Below are positions 19,149-30,404 of a stretch of 64,000 bases of DNA, one piece after another. The stretch's first letter is position 1; the number at the start of each line of letters is the position of its first letter. The notes under the pieces were generated by a model, which was not told the DNA's origin, did not search any database, and was given only the letters and a program-made list of their open reading frames with translations. The translations under genes and the position numbers were made by a program. Source of the stretch: Candidatus Foliamicus sp. (GTDB lineage Bacteria; Pseudomonadota; Gammaproteobacteria; Steroidobacterales; Foliamicaceae); NCBI GenBank assembly GCA_965221325.1, contig OZ244880.1; one strand, given 5' to 3'.

Positions 19149-21803
19149 TCAGTTTGTCCCCAGGCGCTCTCCCAGCAGCGCGGGAAGCGCAGCCAGCGCC
19201 TCGTCCAGCGCCGCGCCGCGCGGCCCGCCGCCCTGCGCAAAGTCGGCGCGGCCGCCACCCTTGCCGCCCAGGCGTTCGGACACGGAGCGCGCCAGGTCGC
19301 GAGCCGGTGCGCGTTCTTCCAGCGCCTTGCTCACGCCGGCCACCACGCGCGCCTTGCCGCTGGCGTCACAGGCGCCCAGCACTACCACGGCCGGTGCAAA
19401 CTGGTCCCGGTAGCGGTCCACAGCGCCGCGCATGGTGTGGATATCCGCGTCCTCATCAAGCCGCAAGGCCACGAGATTGACGCCCGCGATCCGCGTGACC
19501 GGCGTGGCGCCCGCCGCGCCGCCTTCGGCGAGTTTGGCCTGTGCCTGGGCGAGCTTCTTTTCCAGCTCCCGGGTGCGATTCATAAGCGCGGCCAGCTTTT
19601 CCTCCGAATCGTCCACCCCGCCCTTGAGCAATCCCGCGAGGCGATCCATCCTGTGGCGCAGGTTGCGCATGAATTGCAGCGCCTGCCGGCCGGTAACCGC
19701 CTCGATCCGCCGCACGCCTGCCGCCACCGAAGATTCGGAAACGATAGCAAAAGCACCGATATCACCGGTGCGTTCCACGTGCGTTCCACCACACAGCTCG
19801 ATGGAGTAGTCGCCCAGCTTCAGCACCCGCACGCGGTCGGCGTAGTCTTCCCCGGCCATCGCCAAGGCGCCGGCCTCGATAGCTTCGTCGAGGGGCATCT
19901 CGATGGTCTCCGCCGCACGGTTGGCGCGAATCTGCGCGTTGACTTCGTCCTCGATGTGCTCGAGCTCAGCCTGCGAAACGGCCTCGAAATGCGAGAAATC
20001 GAACCGCAAACGGTCGGGCGCCACCAGCGAGCCCTTCTGCGCGACATGCGCACCCAGCACCTTGCGCAAGGCCGCGTTCATCAGGTGCGTGGCCGAGTGG
20101 TTCAGAACGGTTGCGCGTCGCCGCGCGGCGTCAACGGTGGCGGCAAGCTCCACGCCCACACGAACGACACCTTGCGCCACGACGCCGATATGCACGCAGC
20201 CGGCTCCGCCGCGCTGCGTGTCCGTCACCTCGAGCCGGCAGTCCGAACCGGCCAGAATTCCAGCATCGCCGACCTGCCCGCCGCCTTCCGCGTAAAACGG
20301 CGTACGGTCCAGCGCCACTTCGACCGCCTCGCCCTCGCCCGCTTGCTCCACCGCCTGGCCCTTGACCCAAATCGCGGTCACTCGGCCGGTGTCCTGAACC
20401 CGCTCGTAACCCGTGAAACGAGTTTCGGGAATCGTCTTGCCTTCGGCGCCCGCATCCGTGGGCGCAGACTCAGCGCCATGTGCAGCTTTGCTCCGCTGCC
20501 CCGCGCTACTCATCGCGGAGCTTCCGCGCGAGCGTCCGCGCTGCTCGTCCATCGCTTCCGCATACTCCGCCATGTCCACCGTCATGCCCCGCTCGCGCGC
20601 GATATCTGCGGTGAGATCGACCGGAAAACCGTAGGTGTCGTACAAGACGAACGCCAAGCGACCCGGAACGCGCTTGTTTTTCACTTTCTCCAGCGACCGG
20701 TTCAGGTGCCGCAGGCCCTGCTCCAGCGTGGCTGCGAACCGCTCCTCTTCCGAGCGCAGCACGCGCTCCGTGAGCGGTTGCGATTCGGTCAGTTGCGGAT
20801 AGGCCTCGGACATGGCCTGCACCAGCGGCTCCACCATGCGGTGCATAAAGGTATCGCGCATGCCCAGGTCGTGACCGTGGCGCAAAGCGCGCCGAACAAT
20901 GCGGCGCAGCACATAGCCGCGGCCTTCGTTCGACGGAAAAACGCCATCGTTGACCAGGAAAACCGCAGCCCGAGCATGGTCGGCGATCACTTTCAGCGAA
21001 CTGGACGCGAGATCGCCGGCGCCGGTAACCGAGGCGGCCGCGGCAATGAGGTCGCGGAACAGATCAATGTCGTAGTTGCTGGCGCGTCCCTGCAGCACCG
21101 CCGCCATGCGCTCCAGACCCATGCCGGTGTCCACCGAAGGCTTGGGCAAGGGCGTCAGGCTGCCGTCGGCGGCGCGGTCGTACTGCATGAACACGAGGTT
21201 CCAGATTTCGACGAACCGATCGCCCTCGTCCTCGCCCTCCCCGGGCGGGCTGCCGGCAATTTGCGGGCCGTGGTCGAAGAATATCTCCGAACAGGGCCCG
21301 CAGGGCCCCGTGTCGCCCATCGACCAGAAATTGCCGCTGGCTCCCAGCCGCGCTATGCGCGAGTCGTCCAGGCCTGCCTCTTCGCGCCAGCACTGCGCGG
21401 CTTCGTCGTCGTCTTCGAAAATCGTGACCAGCAGCTTCTCGGCCGGCAAGCCCAACTCCCGGGTCACGAACTCCCAGGCAAGGCGCACCGCGCGGCGCTT
21501 GAAGTAGTCGCCGAAGCTGAAGTTTCCAAGCATCTCGAAGAATGTGTGGTGGCGGGCGGTGTAACCCACGTTCTCAAGGTCGTTATGCTTGCCCCCGGCC
21601 CTCAGGCAGCGCTGCACGGTAACGGCGCGCGGATAAGGCGCCGGCTCCCGCCCCAGAAACACGTCCTTGAACTGCACCATCCCGGCATTGGTGAACAGGA
21701 GCGTGGGATCGTTGTGCGGAACCAGCGACGAGCCGGGCACGTGACGGTGGTCATGGCCGGCGAAATAATCGACGAAGGCCGAGCGCAGTTCGCCGACTTT
21801 CAT
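19149..21803 (-). CDS. alaS: Alanine--tRNA ligase
   Basis: Trimmed to [14 protein letters not shown] (ATGA overlap with the recX stop). Motifs FTNAGMVQFK, RCLRAGGKHNDLENVG, FEMLGNFSFGDYFK, HSATHL and C-terminal GGGRADFAQGGG. Confidence 0.95.
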   Translation of the reverse strand: MKVGELRSAFVDYFAGHDHRHVPGSSLVPHNDPTLLFTNAGMVQFKDVFLGREPAPYPRAVTVQRCLRAGGKHNDLENVGYTARHHTFFEMLGNFSFGDYFKRRAVRLAWEFVTRELGLPAEKLLVTIFEDDDEAAQCWREEAGLDDSRIARLGASGNFWSMGDTGPCGPCSEIFFDHGPQIAGSPPGEGEDEGDRFVEIWNLVFMQYDRAADGSLTPLPKPSVDTGMGLERMAAVLQGRASNYDIDLFRDLIAAAASVTGAGDLASSSLKVIADHARAAVFLVNDGVFPSNEGRGYVLRRIVRRALRHGHDLGMRDTFMHRMVEPLVQAMSEAYPQLTESQPLTERVLRSEEERFAATLEQGLRHLNRSLEKVKNKRVPGRLAFVLYDTYGFPVDLTADIARERGMTVDMAEYAEAMDEQRGRSRGSSAMSSAGQRSKAAHGAESAPTDAGAEGKTIPETRFTGYERVQDTGRVTAIWVKGQAVEQAGEGEAVEVALDRTPFYAEGGGQVGDAGILAGSDCRLEVTDTQRGGAGCVHIGVVAQGVVRVGVELAATVDAARRRATVLNHSATHLMNAALRKVLGAHVAQKGSLVAPDRLRFDFSHFEAVSQAELEHIEDEVNAQIRANRAAETIEMPLDEAIEAGALAMAGEDYADRVRVLKLGDYSIELCGGTHVERTGDIGAFAIVSESSVAAGVRRIEAVTGRQALQFMRNLRHRMDRLAGLLKGGVDDSEEKLAALMNRTRELEKKLAQAQAKLAEGGAAGATPVTRIAGVNLVALRLDEDADIHTMRGAVDRYRDQFAPAVVVLGACDASGKARVVAGVSKALEERAPARDLARSVSERLGGKGGGRADFAQGGGPRGAALDEALAALPALLGERLGTN

Positions 21804-22255
21804 GGGGAACCGTCCGTAAGCAGCGCACTCGCCACCTGGCCCGAAGAAAAGCCCCGCCCCTGCAGAAACCGCGCCTGACGCGCCAGCTCGGCGCGTCCGG
21901 CAGGCGCGGAGTCGCCGAAACGCCGCCGACGCGCTGCCGCCGCGCATTGATCCCAATCAACCTCGGCGCCGCTCAGCGCCGCATCGATCAGGCCCGACTG
22001 TACGCCACGCTGCATCAGTTGGGCGCGTATCTTGAGCGGCCCCTGGCCGCGTTCGCGGCGCGACCGCAGGAAGGCTTCGGCAAAGCGCTGATCGCTCAGC
22101 AATCCGCGCTCCACCAATTCATTGAGCGCAGCCTCGATAGCGCTTGGGTCGTAACCGCGCCCGGCAAGCTTGCCGCGCAGCTCGCTTACGGAATGCTCGC
22201 GCCGCGCGAGCAACTTCAGCCCCGCGTCCAGCGGGTTGGCCAAGCGCTCACGCAC
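21800..22255 (-). CDS. recX: Recombination regulator RecX
   Basis: 151-aa helical-repeat protein ([17 protein letters not shown]...) immediately downstream of recA and overlapping its stop. Confidence 0.85.
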   Translation of the reverse strand: MRERLANPLDAGLKLLARREHSVSELRGKLAGRGYDPSAIEAALNELVERGLLSDQRFAEAFLRSRRERGQGPLKIRAQLMQRGVQSGLIDAALSGAEVDWDQCAAAARRRRFGDSAPAGRAELARQARFLQGRGFSSGQVASALLTDGSP

Positions 22256-23276
22256 TCGCGGCCCCGGCTGGCTCCTCCGCTGTGCGTTCCGCGTCCCGAA
22301 TCAGCCCCTCCAGCTCGTCGGCCACCTCGCTATTGTCGTCAAGGTAGCTGCGGGCCTTTTCCTTGCCCTGGCCGATATGGGCGTCCTTGTAGCTGTACCA
22401 GGCTCCGGACTTGACGATCAGGTTCTTCGCCAAACCCAGGTCGATGAGCTCTCCTGCGCGTGAAACGCCATATTGGCTGCCGGTGAAAAGAATGTCGAAT
22501 TCGGCCATCTTGAACGGCGGAGCCAGCTTGTTCTTCACCACCTTCACGCGGGTGCGATTGCCGATCACTTCGTCGCCGCGCTTGATCGCGCCGATGCGCC
22601 GGATGTCAAGGCGCACGGACGAATAGAACTTCAGCGCGTTGCCGCCGGTGGTGGTTTCCGGATTGCCGAACATCACGCCGATCTTCATGCGCAGTTGGTT
22701 GATGAAGATCACGATGGTGTTGGAGCGCTTGATATTGCCGGTCAGCTTGCGCAGCGCCTGCGACATCAGGCGGGCGTGCAGGCCCACATGACTGTCGCCC
22801 ATTTCGCCCTCGATTTCGGCCTTGGGCGTAAGCGCGGCCACCGAATCGACGACTACCACGTCCACTGCGCCAGAACGCACCAGCATGTCGGTGATCTCCA
22901 GTGCCTGTTCGCCCGTGTCGGGCTGCGAAACCAGCAAGTCGTCCACGTTGATGCCCAAACGCCGCGCATACACCGGGTCGAGAGCATGCTCGGCATCCAC
23001 GAAGGCGGCGGTGCCGCCGGCTTTCTGGCATTGCGCCACCGCGCTCAAGGTAAGCGTGGTCTTGCCCGAAGCCTCGGGACCGAAGATCTCCACCACTCGT
23101 CCGCGCGGAAGCCCGCCTATGCCCAGCGCGAGGTCCAGCGCCAGGCTCCCGGTAGAAATCACCTCCACGTCATGCACCGCGCCGGCGCCGCCCAGCCGCA
23201 TGACAGAGCCTTTGCCGTATTGCTTCTCGATTTGCGACAGCGCCGCTGCCAATGCCCGTTCGCGATTGTCGTTCAT
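22248..23276 (-). CDS. recA: Recombinase RecA
   Basis: Trimmed to [29 protein letters not shown]. Motifs [12 protein letters not shown] and [28 protein letters not shown]. Confidence 0.97.
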   Translation of the reverse strand: MNDNRERALAAALSQIEKQYGKGSVMRLGGAGAVHDVEVISTGSLALDLALGIGGLPRGRVVEIFGPEASGKTTLTLSAVAQCQKAGGTAAFVDAEHALDPVYARRLGINVDDLLVSQPDTGEQALEITDMLVRSGAVDVVVVDSVAALTPKAEIEGEMGDSHVGLHARLMSQALRKLTGNIKRSNTIVIFINQLRMKIGVMFGNPETTTGGNALKFYSSVRLDIRRIGAIKRGDEVIGNRTRVKVVKNKLAPPFKMAEFDILFTGSQYGVSRAGELIDLGLAKNLIVKSGAWYSYKDAHIGQGKEKARSYLDDNSEVADELEGLIRDAERTAEEPAGAASA

Positions 23277-23423
23277 CTTGCTCTGCACTCCGGCATCCGT
23301 CACCAAAAGGCGATTATTCCACAGCTCGCCCGCATTGCATTGCCGCAATGCTGCGGGTTGGTGCACATATAGCGCAGCGAGCTATTGCTTGCAGTCATGT
23401 TCGACCAGCAGACGCAAGCTCTG

Positions 23424-23927
23424 TCAGCCTTGGGGCGCTTCGCGCAAGCGTTCGAGCAGGCCGTTCAGCGCGCGCTCCACCGACTGCGCGCGCACGGCCT
23501 GACGGTCGCCGTCAAAGCGCGTCGAATCCGCATCGCACCAGCCGTTGCGCGCGGCCCAAGCGAAGGCTACGGTGCCTACCGGGCGGGTCAACGTGCCGCC
23601 CGCAGGGCCGGCAATGCCGGTCACCGACAGGCTCCAGTCGGTGCGCGCATGCCGAATGGCGCCCTTGGCCATCTCGATGGCCGTCTCGATGCTTACCGCG
23701 CCGTGTGCGCGCAGGGTTTCCGCGCGCACGCCCAGCAGGCGCTGCTTGGCTTCGTTGGAATAGGTCACGAAGCCGGCAGAAAACCAGCCGGAACTGCCCG
23801 GAAGGCCGGTAATCGCCATGCCGGCCCAGCCGCCGGTGCAGGACTCGGCCACCGCCAGCGTTTCCTCGCGCTGCAGCAGCACGGCCCCGAGCTCCGCCAC
23901 CAGCGCATCAATCTTCGAGCGCGTCAC
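23424..23927 (-). CDS. pncC: CinA-family nicotinamide-nucleotide amidohydrolase (PncC domain only)
   Basis: [11 protein letters not shown] and SVTGIAGP motifs, 167 aa, in the conserved position between mutS and recA. Confidence 0.85.
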   Translation of the reverse strand: MTRSKIDALVAELGAVLLQREETLAVAESCTGGWAGMAITGLPGSSGWFSAGFVTYSNEAKQRLLGVRAETLRAHGAVSIETAIEMAKGAIRHARTDWSLSVTGIAGPAGGTLTRPVGTVAFAWAARNGWCDADSTRFDGDRQAVRAQSVERALNGLLERLREAPQG

Positions 23928-26536
23928 CGCTCGTCCCCGGCGCCTTCTTCGGCAAGCCGTTTCAGTTCATAGACGAGGTCCAACGCTTCGCGGGGACTGA
24001 GTTGCTCCGGGTCCACGTCCGCCAGCAACTGCTGCGCTGCGGCGGGTTCGGCCTCCTGCGGCCTGAGGTCCAATTGCGGCTGCACGCGCGCACGCTCCAC
24101 GAGCCGCCCGGAGCGCTCTTCGAGTTCGCGCAAGGTCTTGCGCGCGGACGCGATGACCGGCCGCGGCACGCCGGCCAGGGCCGCCACCTGCAGGCCATAG
24201 CTGCGGTCCGCCGGCCCCTCGCGCAGCGAATACAGGAACACCAGCGTTCCGGCGTGCTCGACCGCGTCGAGATGCACGTTCGCGCAGCCCGCGACGGTTT
24301 CGGGCAAGGCCGTCAGCTCGAAGTAATGGGTGGCGAACAGCGTGAAACAACGCAGACGTTCGGCGATGTGCACCGCGGCCGCCCAGGCCAGGGACAGGCC
24401 GTCATAAGTACTGGTGCCGCGGCCCACCTCGTCCATGAGCACCAGGCTTTGCGCGGTAGCGTTGTTGAGGATGCTGGCGGTTTCCGTCATCTCCACCATG
24501 AAGGTGGAGCGCCCGCCGGCCAGGTCGTCGCCGGCGCCGATGCGAGTGAATACGCGATCCAGCGGGCCGATTTCGGCCGCGGCCGCCGGCACATAGCTGC
24601 CGATATGCGCGAGGATCGCAATCAGCGCCACCTGGCGCATGTAGGTGGACTTGCCGCCCATGTTGGGCCCGGTCACGATCAGCATACGGGTCGCGTCATC
24701 CAGCGCCAGGTCGTTGGGAATGAACTCGCTGTCTAGAGCACGTTCCACCACTGGGTGCCGGCCGGCAGTAAGCCGTATGCCCGGTTGCTCGGTGAGTTGC
24801 GGCTTGACGTAACCGAGTTCCAGCGAACGCGCCGCCAGGTTCGCCAGCACGTCGGTTTCCGCCAGCGCGGCAGCCAGCTCCTGCCAGGCGGCCAGCCACT
24901 GCGACAGTTCATCCAGCAATTCCTCGAACAGCCGCGCTTCCAGCTCCAGAGCGCGTTCGCGGGCGCTCAGCACCCGGTGCTCGAACTGCTTCAGTTCCGG
25001 CGTGATATAGCGCTCGGAGTGCTTGAGCGTCTGCCGGCGGATGAAGTGCTCCGGGGCCTCTTGCGCCTGGCTCTTGCGCAACTCTATGAAATAGCCGTGC
25101 ACCCGGTTATACCCCAGCCGCAGGTTTGCGATGCCGCTGCGTTCGCGCTCCGCTGCTTCGAGCTCCTGCAAGGATGCGTCGGCGTTGCTGCTGAGCTGCC
25201 GCAACTCGTCCAGCTCGGCGTTGTATGCGGCCGCTATCACCTGCCCGTCCCGAATCCTGGGGGCGGGTTGTTCGGCAATGGCCCTTTCCAGCAGTTCCAG
25301 ACCGTCCGGTGGGGGCTGCATGCGCTCCGCCAGTGCGCCCAGGAGCGGCGAGTCCAGGGACGCCAGGCGCTCGCGCACGGCCGGCGTAGCGTTTAGCGCG
25401 GCGCGCAACTGCTCAAGATCGCGCGGACGTGCGCTGCGTATCGCCAGGCGCGCCAGCACCCGCTCCAGATCGCCGACCTTGCGCAGGACGGAACGCCAAT
25501 CGTGGCTGGTTTCGCGCAGAATTTCCAGCGCCTGGTAACGTTCCCGGAGCGTCGTGTGCGAGCGCAAGGGACGCTGAATCCAGCGCCGCAGCAGCCGACT
25601 GCCCATCGGCGTGGCGCAATGATCGAGCACACCCGCCAGCGTATGCTCGTCGCGTCCCGACAGCGAGCGGTCCAGTTCCAGGTTGCGGCGAGTGGCTGCG
25701 TCCATCAGCAGCGCGTCGCTGCTGCGCTCCACATGCAGCGTTCGCACATGCGGCAAAGCGCCCCGCTGCGTGTCCTTGACGTAGTCCAGCAAACACCCGG
25801 CGGCAGCGATAGCGCGGTCCATACCTTCGATGCCGAAGCCGTCAAGACTATTCACCCGGAACTGCTCGGCAAGCGCCTTTCTCGCAGATGACACGCTGAA
25901 CTGCCAACTCCGCCGCTCGTGAACTGCCGGCGCGTCCGGTAGGGAATCGGGCAGGCGGGCGCCTTCGCTAACCAGCACTTCGGCAGGCCGCAAGCGCTGC
26001 ATCTCGCCTTGCAGGTCCTCGCTGCTCGCACATTCGGCCACCGAGAAGCTCCCGGAACTCAGTTCCATCCAGGCCAGCCCATAGCTTCCGCCGTTCTGAT
26101 ACACCGCGGCCACGAGATTGTCGGCGCCGCTGTCCAGCAGGGCCTCGTCGGTCAGGGTGCCGGGCGTCACCAGCCGTACAACCTCGCGTTTCACCGGGCC
26201 GCCCGAAGGCTTGGGCCGGCCTATCTGCTCGCAAATGGCGATCGACTCGCCCATGTGCGCGAGGCGGGCGATATAGGAATCGGCGGAATGCACGGGCACG
26301 CCGGCCATGGGAATCGCCTCGCCCTTGGATTGCCCGCGGCTGGTCAGCACGATGTCGAGCAGCGTGGCGGCCCGCGTGGCGTCTTCGAAGAACATCTCGT
26401 AGAAGTCGCCCATCCGATAGAACAGGAGCGAATCCGGATGCTGCGCCTTGATGCGCAGATACTGCTGCATGACCGGCGTATGTGCCGCCAGCGGCCGCAC
26501 GCCGGCAGTCACGGGGCTATCCTTGGTCGAAGCCAC
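23924..26536 (-). CDS. mutS: DNA mismatch repair protein MutS
   Basis: [44 protein letters not shown] and [13 protein letters not shown] more likely start is GTG 26512 (AAGGA 7 nt upstream), just after the upstream gene's stop. Confidence 0.95.
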   Translation of the reverse strand: MASTKDSPVTAGVRPLAAHTPVMQQYLRIKAQHPDSLLFYRMGDFYEMFFEDATRAATLLDIVLTSRGQSKGEAIPMAGVPVHSADSYIARLAHMGESIAICEQIGRPKPSGGPVKREVVRLVTPGTLTDEALLDSGADNLVAAVYQNGGSYGLAWMELSSGSFSVAECASSEDLQGEMQRLRPAEVLVSEGARLPDSLPDAPAVHERRSWQFSVSSARKALAEQFRVNSLDGFGIEGMDRAIAAAGCLLDYVKDTQRGALPHVRTLHVERSSDALLMDAATRRNLELDRSLSGRDEHTLAGVLDHCATPMGSRLLRRWIQRPLRSHTTLRERYQALEILRETSHDWRSVLRKVGDLERVLARLAIRSARPRDLEQLRAALNATPAVRERLASLDSPLLGALAERMQPPPDGLELLERAIAEQPAPRIRDGQVIAAAYNAELDELRQLSSNADASLQELEAAERERSGIANLRLGYNRVHGYFIELRKSQAQEAPEHFIRRQTLKHSERYITPELKQFEHRVLSARERALELEARLFEELLDELSQWLAAWQELAAALAETDVLANLAARSLELGYVKPQLTEQPGIRLTAGRHPVVERALDSEFIPNDLALDDATRMLIVTGPNMGGKSTYMRQVALIAILAHIGSYVPAAAAEIGPLDRVFTRIGAGDDLAGGRSTFMVEMTETASILNNATAQSLVLMDEVGRGTSTYDGLSLAWAAAVHIAERLRCFTLFATHYFELTALPETVAGCANVHLDAVEHAGTLVFLYSLREGPADRSYGLQVAALAGVPRPVIASARKTLRELEERSGRLVERARVQPQLDLRPQEAEPAAAQQLLADVDPEQLSPREALDLVYELKRLAEEGAGDER

Positions 26537-28640
26537 GGCCGGCGGCGGCCTGTCGCATCAAGCGCTCCGCAGGCGTCCAGCGCGCTCCGAACCGGGCATG
26601 CAATGCGCGAATATCCTCAAGCACCGAGAACAGGCCCTGCTGCTCGGCGTAGTGCATGGGTCCTCCGCGCCAGGCCGGAAAACCGTAACCATAGACATAC
26701 ACGATGTCGATATCCGAGGCGCTCCTGGCCACGCCTTCGTCGAGCAGGCTTGCGCCGATGTTCACCAGCGGGTAGAGGCACCGTTTGATGATCTCCTCGG
26801 GTTCGGCCGGCGGGCCGCGCTCATAGCCCAATTCCGCGGCCAGTTCCTCGATCAGCGCCGCCACCGCCGGTTCCGGCTCGGGGACCCGGCTGCCGGCGCT
26901 GTAGTTGTAAATACCGCGTCCGTTTTTCTGTCCGAAGCGCTCCTGCTTGCAAAGCGCGTCGGCCAGACGTTCGCCCGGCATGCGTTCGCCAAGCGGCGTC
27001 CCGGCCAGCTCCCGAGCGCGCCAGCCAAGATCCAGGCCCACCAGATCAGCCATCTGGAACGGCCCCATGGGCAACCCGAATTCCCGCATGGCGGCGTCCA
27101 TCCGTTCCGGGGGCGTGCCTTCGAACAGCAGCTCGAAAGCCTCGCGCATGTATCCCGTCAACATACGGTTGCCGATAAAGCCGTGGCTGTTGGCCGACCA
27201 GACCGGAATTTTCCGCATCCGCGAAGCCAGCGAAAATGCGCAGGCGATGGTTTCCTTGGATGTCTGTCGCCCCTTGATCACCTCCACCAGGCGCATGATG
27301 TTGGCGGGGCTGAAAAAGTGCATGCCCAGCACCTGCTCCGGCCGCCCGGTGGCCAAGGCCAGTGCGTCGATATCAAGGTAGGACGTGTTGCTGGCGATGA
27401 CCGCGTCCGCGCCGAGCGTGGCATCCAGGCGCTCGAAGATGCTCTTTTTCAGGTCGAGGCTCTCGTAAACCGCCTCCACGGCGAAATCGGCGCCGGACAG
27501 GCTGGCGTAGTCCGTGGTGGGCTTGATCAGCGCCATGCAGCGCTCAGTCTGGCCCGGCGGCAAACGGCCGCTGGCCTCGGAGCGTTCGAAATTCCGGCGC
27601 ACCACGGCCAGGCCCTTCTTCAGCGCCGATTCACTGGTCTCGAGCACGGTGACCGGCACCCCTGCAATGGCGAAATTCATGGCGATGCCGCCGCCCATGG
27701 TGCCGCAACCGACCACCGCCGCCTCCTGCACCGGCCGCCCAGGGTGCGATCCTCCGCCCTTGGCCGCCGCGCGCTCGGCAAAGAACACGTGCGCCAGCGC
27801 CTTGCTCTGCGGGTCCTTGAGGCAGCGCGCAAAACGCTTGCGTTCCTCGGCAAGCCCGGCGCGAAAATCATTACGGCAAACCACCGCCTGCTCCACGCAC
27901 TGCACGATCAACTCCGGCGCATGCCTGCCCCGCAGCTTGCGAGCTACAAGCGTGCGCGCCGCAGCGAACGCCTCGTCGGCTTCGCCGGCCTGCGGAAGTT
28001 TGCCGGGACCCGCCGAAATCTTGCGCAGCGGTGCGCCCGCGTCCAGCAGCTTCTCGGCCTGGGCAAACGCAGCCGGGATCGGATCGCCTTGCAGCAGGTC
28101 GTCAGCAAGGCCGCATTCCAGCGCCTCTTGCGCGCTGACCGGCTTGCCCTGCAGACACATGCGCAAAGCCATTTCAACGCCGATCAGGCGGGGCGTCCGC
28201 TGGGTTCCACCGGCTCCCGGCAACAGACCTATGAGCACCTCGGGAAACGAAAACCGAGCCCGCGGCGATGCAACCCGGTAGTCGCAGGCCAGCGCCAGCT
28301 CCAGACCGCCGCCGTATGCGACCCCGGCAATGACCGCCGTGACCGGTTTGGGGCAGGCATCAAGGGCATCGCAGATCGCCGTTAGGGATGCCGCCGGCGC
28401 CGGCATTTCGGACAGCCCGAATTCCTTGATGTCCGCACCGGCACACCAGGTTTTCAGACCGCTGGACAGAAGCACGGCGCCAACCGAATCGTCCTGTGCA
28501 GCAGCCTCTACCGCCTCCATGAGCGCCACGCGAAGCGGCGCGCCAAGAGCATTTACGGGTGGCGCATGCATCTCGATCAGCCGCACCCGGCCCCTGTCCT
28601 CAATTCTTATGGTCAAGAGTGACCCACCTGCAATACCCAC
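26517..28640 (-). CDS. Bifunctional enoyl-CoA hydratase / 3-hydroxyacyl-CoA dehydrogenase (FadB/FadJ-like)
   Basis: N-terminal crotonase region ([10 protein letters not shown]) and an NAD-binding 3-HCDH region ([15 protein letters not shown]). An alternative TTG start at 28616 forms TTGA with the upstream stop. Confidence 0.85.
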   Translation of the reverse strand: MGIAGGSLLTIRIEDRGRVRLIEMHAPPVNALGAPLRVALMEAVEAAAQDDSVGAVLLSSGLKTWCAGADIKEFGLSEMPAPAASLTAICDALDACPKPVTAVIAGVAYGGGLELALACDYRVASPRARFSFPEVLIGLLPGAGGTQRTPRLIGVEMALRMCLQGKPVSAQEALECGLADDLLQGDPIPAAFAQAEKLLDAGAPLRKISAGPGKLPQAGEADEAFAAARTLVARKLRGRHAPELIVQCVEQAVVCRNDFRAGLAEERKRFARCLKDPQSKALAHVFFAERAAAKGGGSHPGRPVQEAAVVGCGTMGGGIAMNFAIAGVPVTVLETSESALKKGLAVVRRNFERSEASGRLPPGQTERCMALIKPTTDYASLSGADFAVEAVYESLDLKKSIFERLDATLGADAVIASNTSYLDIDALALATGRPEQVLGMHFFSPANIMRLVEVIKGRQTSKETIACAFSLASRMRKIPVWSANSHGFIGNRMLTGYMREAFELLFEGTPPERMDAAMREFGLPMGPFQMADLVGLDLGWRARELAGTPLGERMPGERLADALCKQERFGQKNGRGIYNYSAGSRVPEPEPAVAALIEELAAELGYERGPPAEPEEIIKRCLYPLVNIGASLLDEGVARSASDIDIVYVYGYGFPAWRGGPMHYAEQQGLFSVLEDIRALHARFGARWTPAERLMRQAAAGRGFDQG

Positions 28641-29590
28641 TTGCCGGCAACCTCGCGCCGGGCGAAGGCCTCATAGGCCTGAAAGTAGTCCTCGAACGGC
28701 AAACTGCGCGAGACGGGGCAGTGGATCGCGCCCTCACCTGCCAGCCGCGACAGATCCTCCAGGTTTTCGCGGGCGGTATCCGGATGCCTGTCGGTCCACG
28801 CGCTCCATAACACGCCCAGAACCGCCGCTGTCTTGAGCAGCACCAGGTTAAGCGGCAGTCGGGGAATCTCTCCGGCGGCAAAGCCCACCACCAGGAAGCG
28901 GCCACCCGGCGCGCAAGCACGGTATGCCGATTCCGAAAACGAGCCGCCCACCGGGTCTACGACCACATCCACGCGCCCTCCGGCCTGTTTCTTGAGCCGG
29001 CCCCGGAAATCATCGTCAGCATAGTTGATGGTTTCGTCCGCGCCCATGGAAATCGCCAGTTGCAGCTTTTCAGGACTGCTCGCCGCGGCGATCACCTTCG
29101 CTCCCAGGGCCTTGGCTAATGCAACCGCCGCCATACCCACACCGCCGCCGGCGCCCAATACCAGCACGGTTTCGCCGGCGCGCAGCTTCGCGACCTGCTT
29201 GTAGGCGTGATAACAGGTGCCGTAAGTGATGCAGAGCCCTGCCCCCTGTGCGTAGCTCATGTTGACCGGCAAACGGGCGACGTGATGACGCGGCGCCACA
29301 GTGCGCTCGGCAAACATGGCGCGGCCATGCACCGCAACCCGCTCGCCCACTTCAAGGTCCTCGACTCCGGCTCCCAGCGCGGCCACCACCCCGGCTGCCT
29401 CGGCGCCCGGCGTAAAAGGCGTTTGCGGGCGCCGCTGGTAGCGACCCTGCACCATCAGCAGATCAAAGAAGTTGAGTCCGGCAGCGCGCACGTCCACCAG
29501 CACCTCGCCGGGTCCAGGCGTCGGCTCTGCCACCTCTTCCAGACGCAACTCGGGCTGCTCGGCGTATTGGGTGCAGATCAGCGCGCGCAT
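28613..29590 (-). CDS. NADPH:quinone oxidoreductase / zinc-type alcohol dehydrogenase family
   Basis: MDR fold: EPTPGPGEVLVDVRAAGLNFFD and Rossmann segment LGAGGGVGMAAVALAKALGAKV. Confidence 0.8.
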   Translation of the reverse strand: MRALICTQYAEQPELRLEEVAEPTPGPGEVLVDVRAAGLNFFDLLMVQGRYQRRPQTPFTPGAEAAGVVAALGAGVEDLEVGERVAVHGRAMFAERTVAPRHHVARLPVNMSYAQGAGLCITYGTCYHAYKQVAKLRAGETVLVLGAGGGVGMAAVALAKALGAKVIAAASSPEKLQLAISMGADETINYADDDFRGRLKKQAGGRVDVVVDPVGGSFSESAYRACAPGGRFLVVGFAAGEIPRLPLNLVLLKTAAVLGVLWSAWTDRHPDTARENLEDLSRLAGEGAIHCPVSRSLPFEDYFQAYEAFARREVAGKWVLQVGHS

Positions 29591-29623
29591 TTGAGTATTG
29601 ACTTTCGCTGGTGCGTCCGGCAG

Positions 29624-30391
29624 CTATACGTGAACGCCGCCATCAACCCGTATCGCCTGACCGGTAACGTAGGAACCCGCCGGCGAAACCAGGAACACCA
29701 CCAGACCGGCCACGTCATCCGGAGCTCCCATCCTTCCGACGGCGGTGCTTTCAAGAAAGCTATCGCGCGCCTCGGCGTCGCTCCACAAGGCCGCAGAGAA
29801 GTCGGTCTTGATCAAACCCGGGCACACGGCGTTGACGGTAATTCCGTGGCGGCCGTGTTCGAGCGCAAGGTTGCGCGCCATCTGGATTTCGGCAGCCTTC
29901 GACATACCGTAGGCGCCGATTTTGGCGTGTGCGCTCTGGCCGACATAGGACGAAATCAACACGATGCGCCCGTAGCTCTGTCTGCGCATATCGGCCGTCA
30001 CGAGTCCGCTCAACCAGATATTGGCCGTTACGTTGCTGCGCCAGATGCGCTCGAATGCGCTCTCGGTTACCTCCAGCAGGGGCCCGAAATGCGGATTCAC
30101 GCCCACGTTGCAGACCAGGATGTCGATGGCGCCGAAGGCGGCCTGCGTAGATGCCACGAGGGCCTCGACCTGATCCTTGTAATAGACGTTGCAAGGCGCC
30201 GCGATAGCCGTCCCCTTGCCGAAACGCAGGTTGATTTCCTCGGCTGTCTGCTCGCAGGCCTCCGGCTTGCGGCTTGAGGCCGTGACGCGGGCGCCATGCT
30301 CGGCCAGCCGCATGGCGATCGCCTTGCCGATGCCGCGCGTGGAGCCGGTAATCAGCGCCGTTCGCCCCTCCAGGTTGAACAGTTCGTCCAT
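29624..30391 (-). CDS. Short-chain dehydrogenase/reductase (SDR)
   Basis: ITGSTRGIGKAIA cofactor motif and YGMSKAA catalytic motif, 255 aa. Confidence 0.85.
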   Translation of the reverse strand: MDELFNLEGRTALITGSTRGIGKAIAMRLAEHGARVTASSRKPEACEQTAEEINLRFGKGTAIAAPCNVYYKDQVEALVASTQAAFGAIDILVCNVGVNPHFGPLLEVTESAFERIWRSNVTANIWLSGLVTADMRRQSYGRIVLISSYVGQSAHAKIGAYGMSKAAEIQMARNLALEHGRHGITVNAVCPGLIKTDFSAALWSDAEARDSFLESTAVGRMGAPDDVAGLVVFLVSPAGSYVTGQAIRVDGGVHV

Positions 30392-30404
30392 GCCCCCGGC
30401 GCGG

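Noticed and set aside
19125-21878. 917-aa plus-strand ORF
   Set aside because: It is exactly antisense to alaS, whose class II synthetase motifs are unambiguous. The same reasoning applies to 17991-19055 (antisense to ybdK), 13997-15028 (radA), 15267-16892 (pckG), 26448-28385 (FadB-like), 36978-38459 (M16), 47542-48594 (rne), and 59213-60658 and 62081-63220 (mfd).
23361-23377. Possible LexA/SOS box upstream of recA (CTGCGCTATATGTGCAC on the minus strand)
   Set aside because: It does not fit CTGT-N8-ACAG: the distal half reads GCAC rather than ACAG at the right spacing. I kept it only as a near-palindrome to test, not as an annotated operator.
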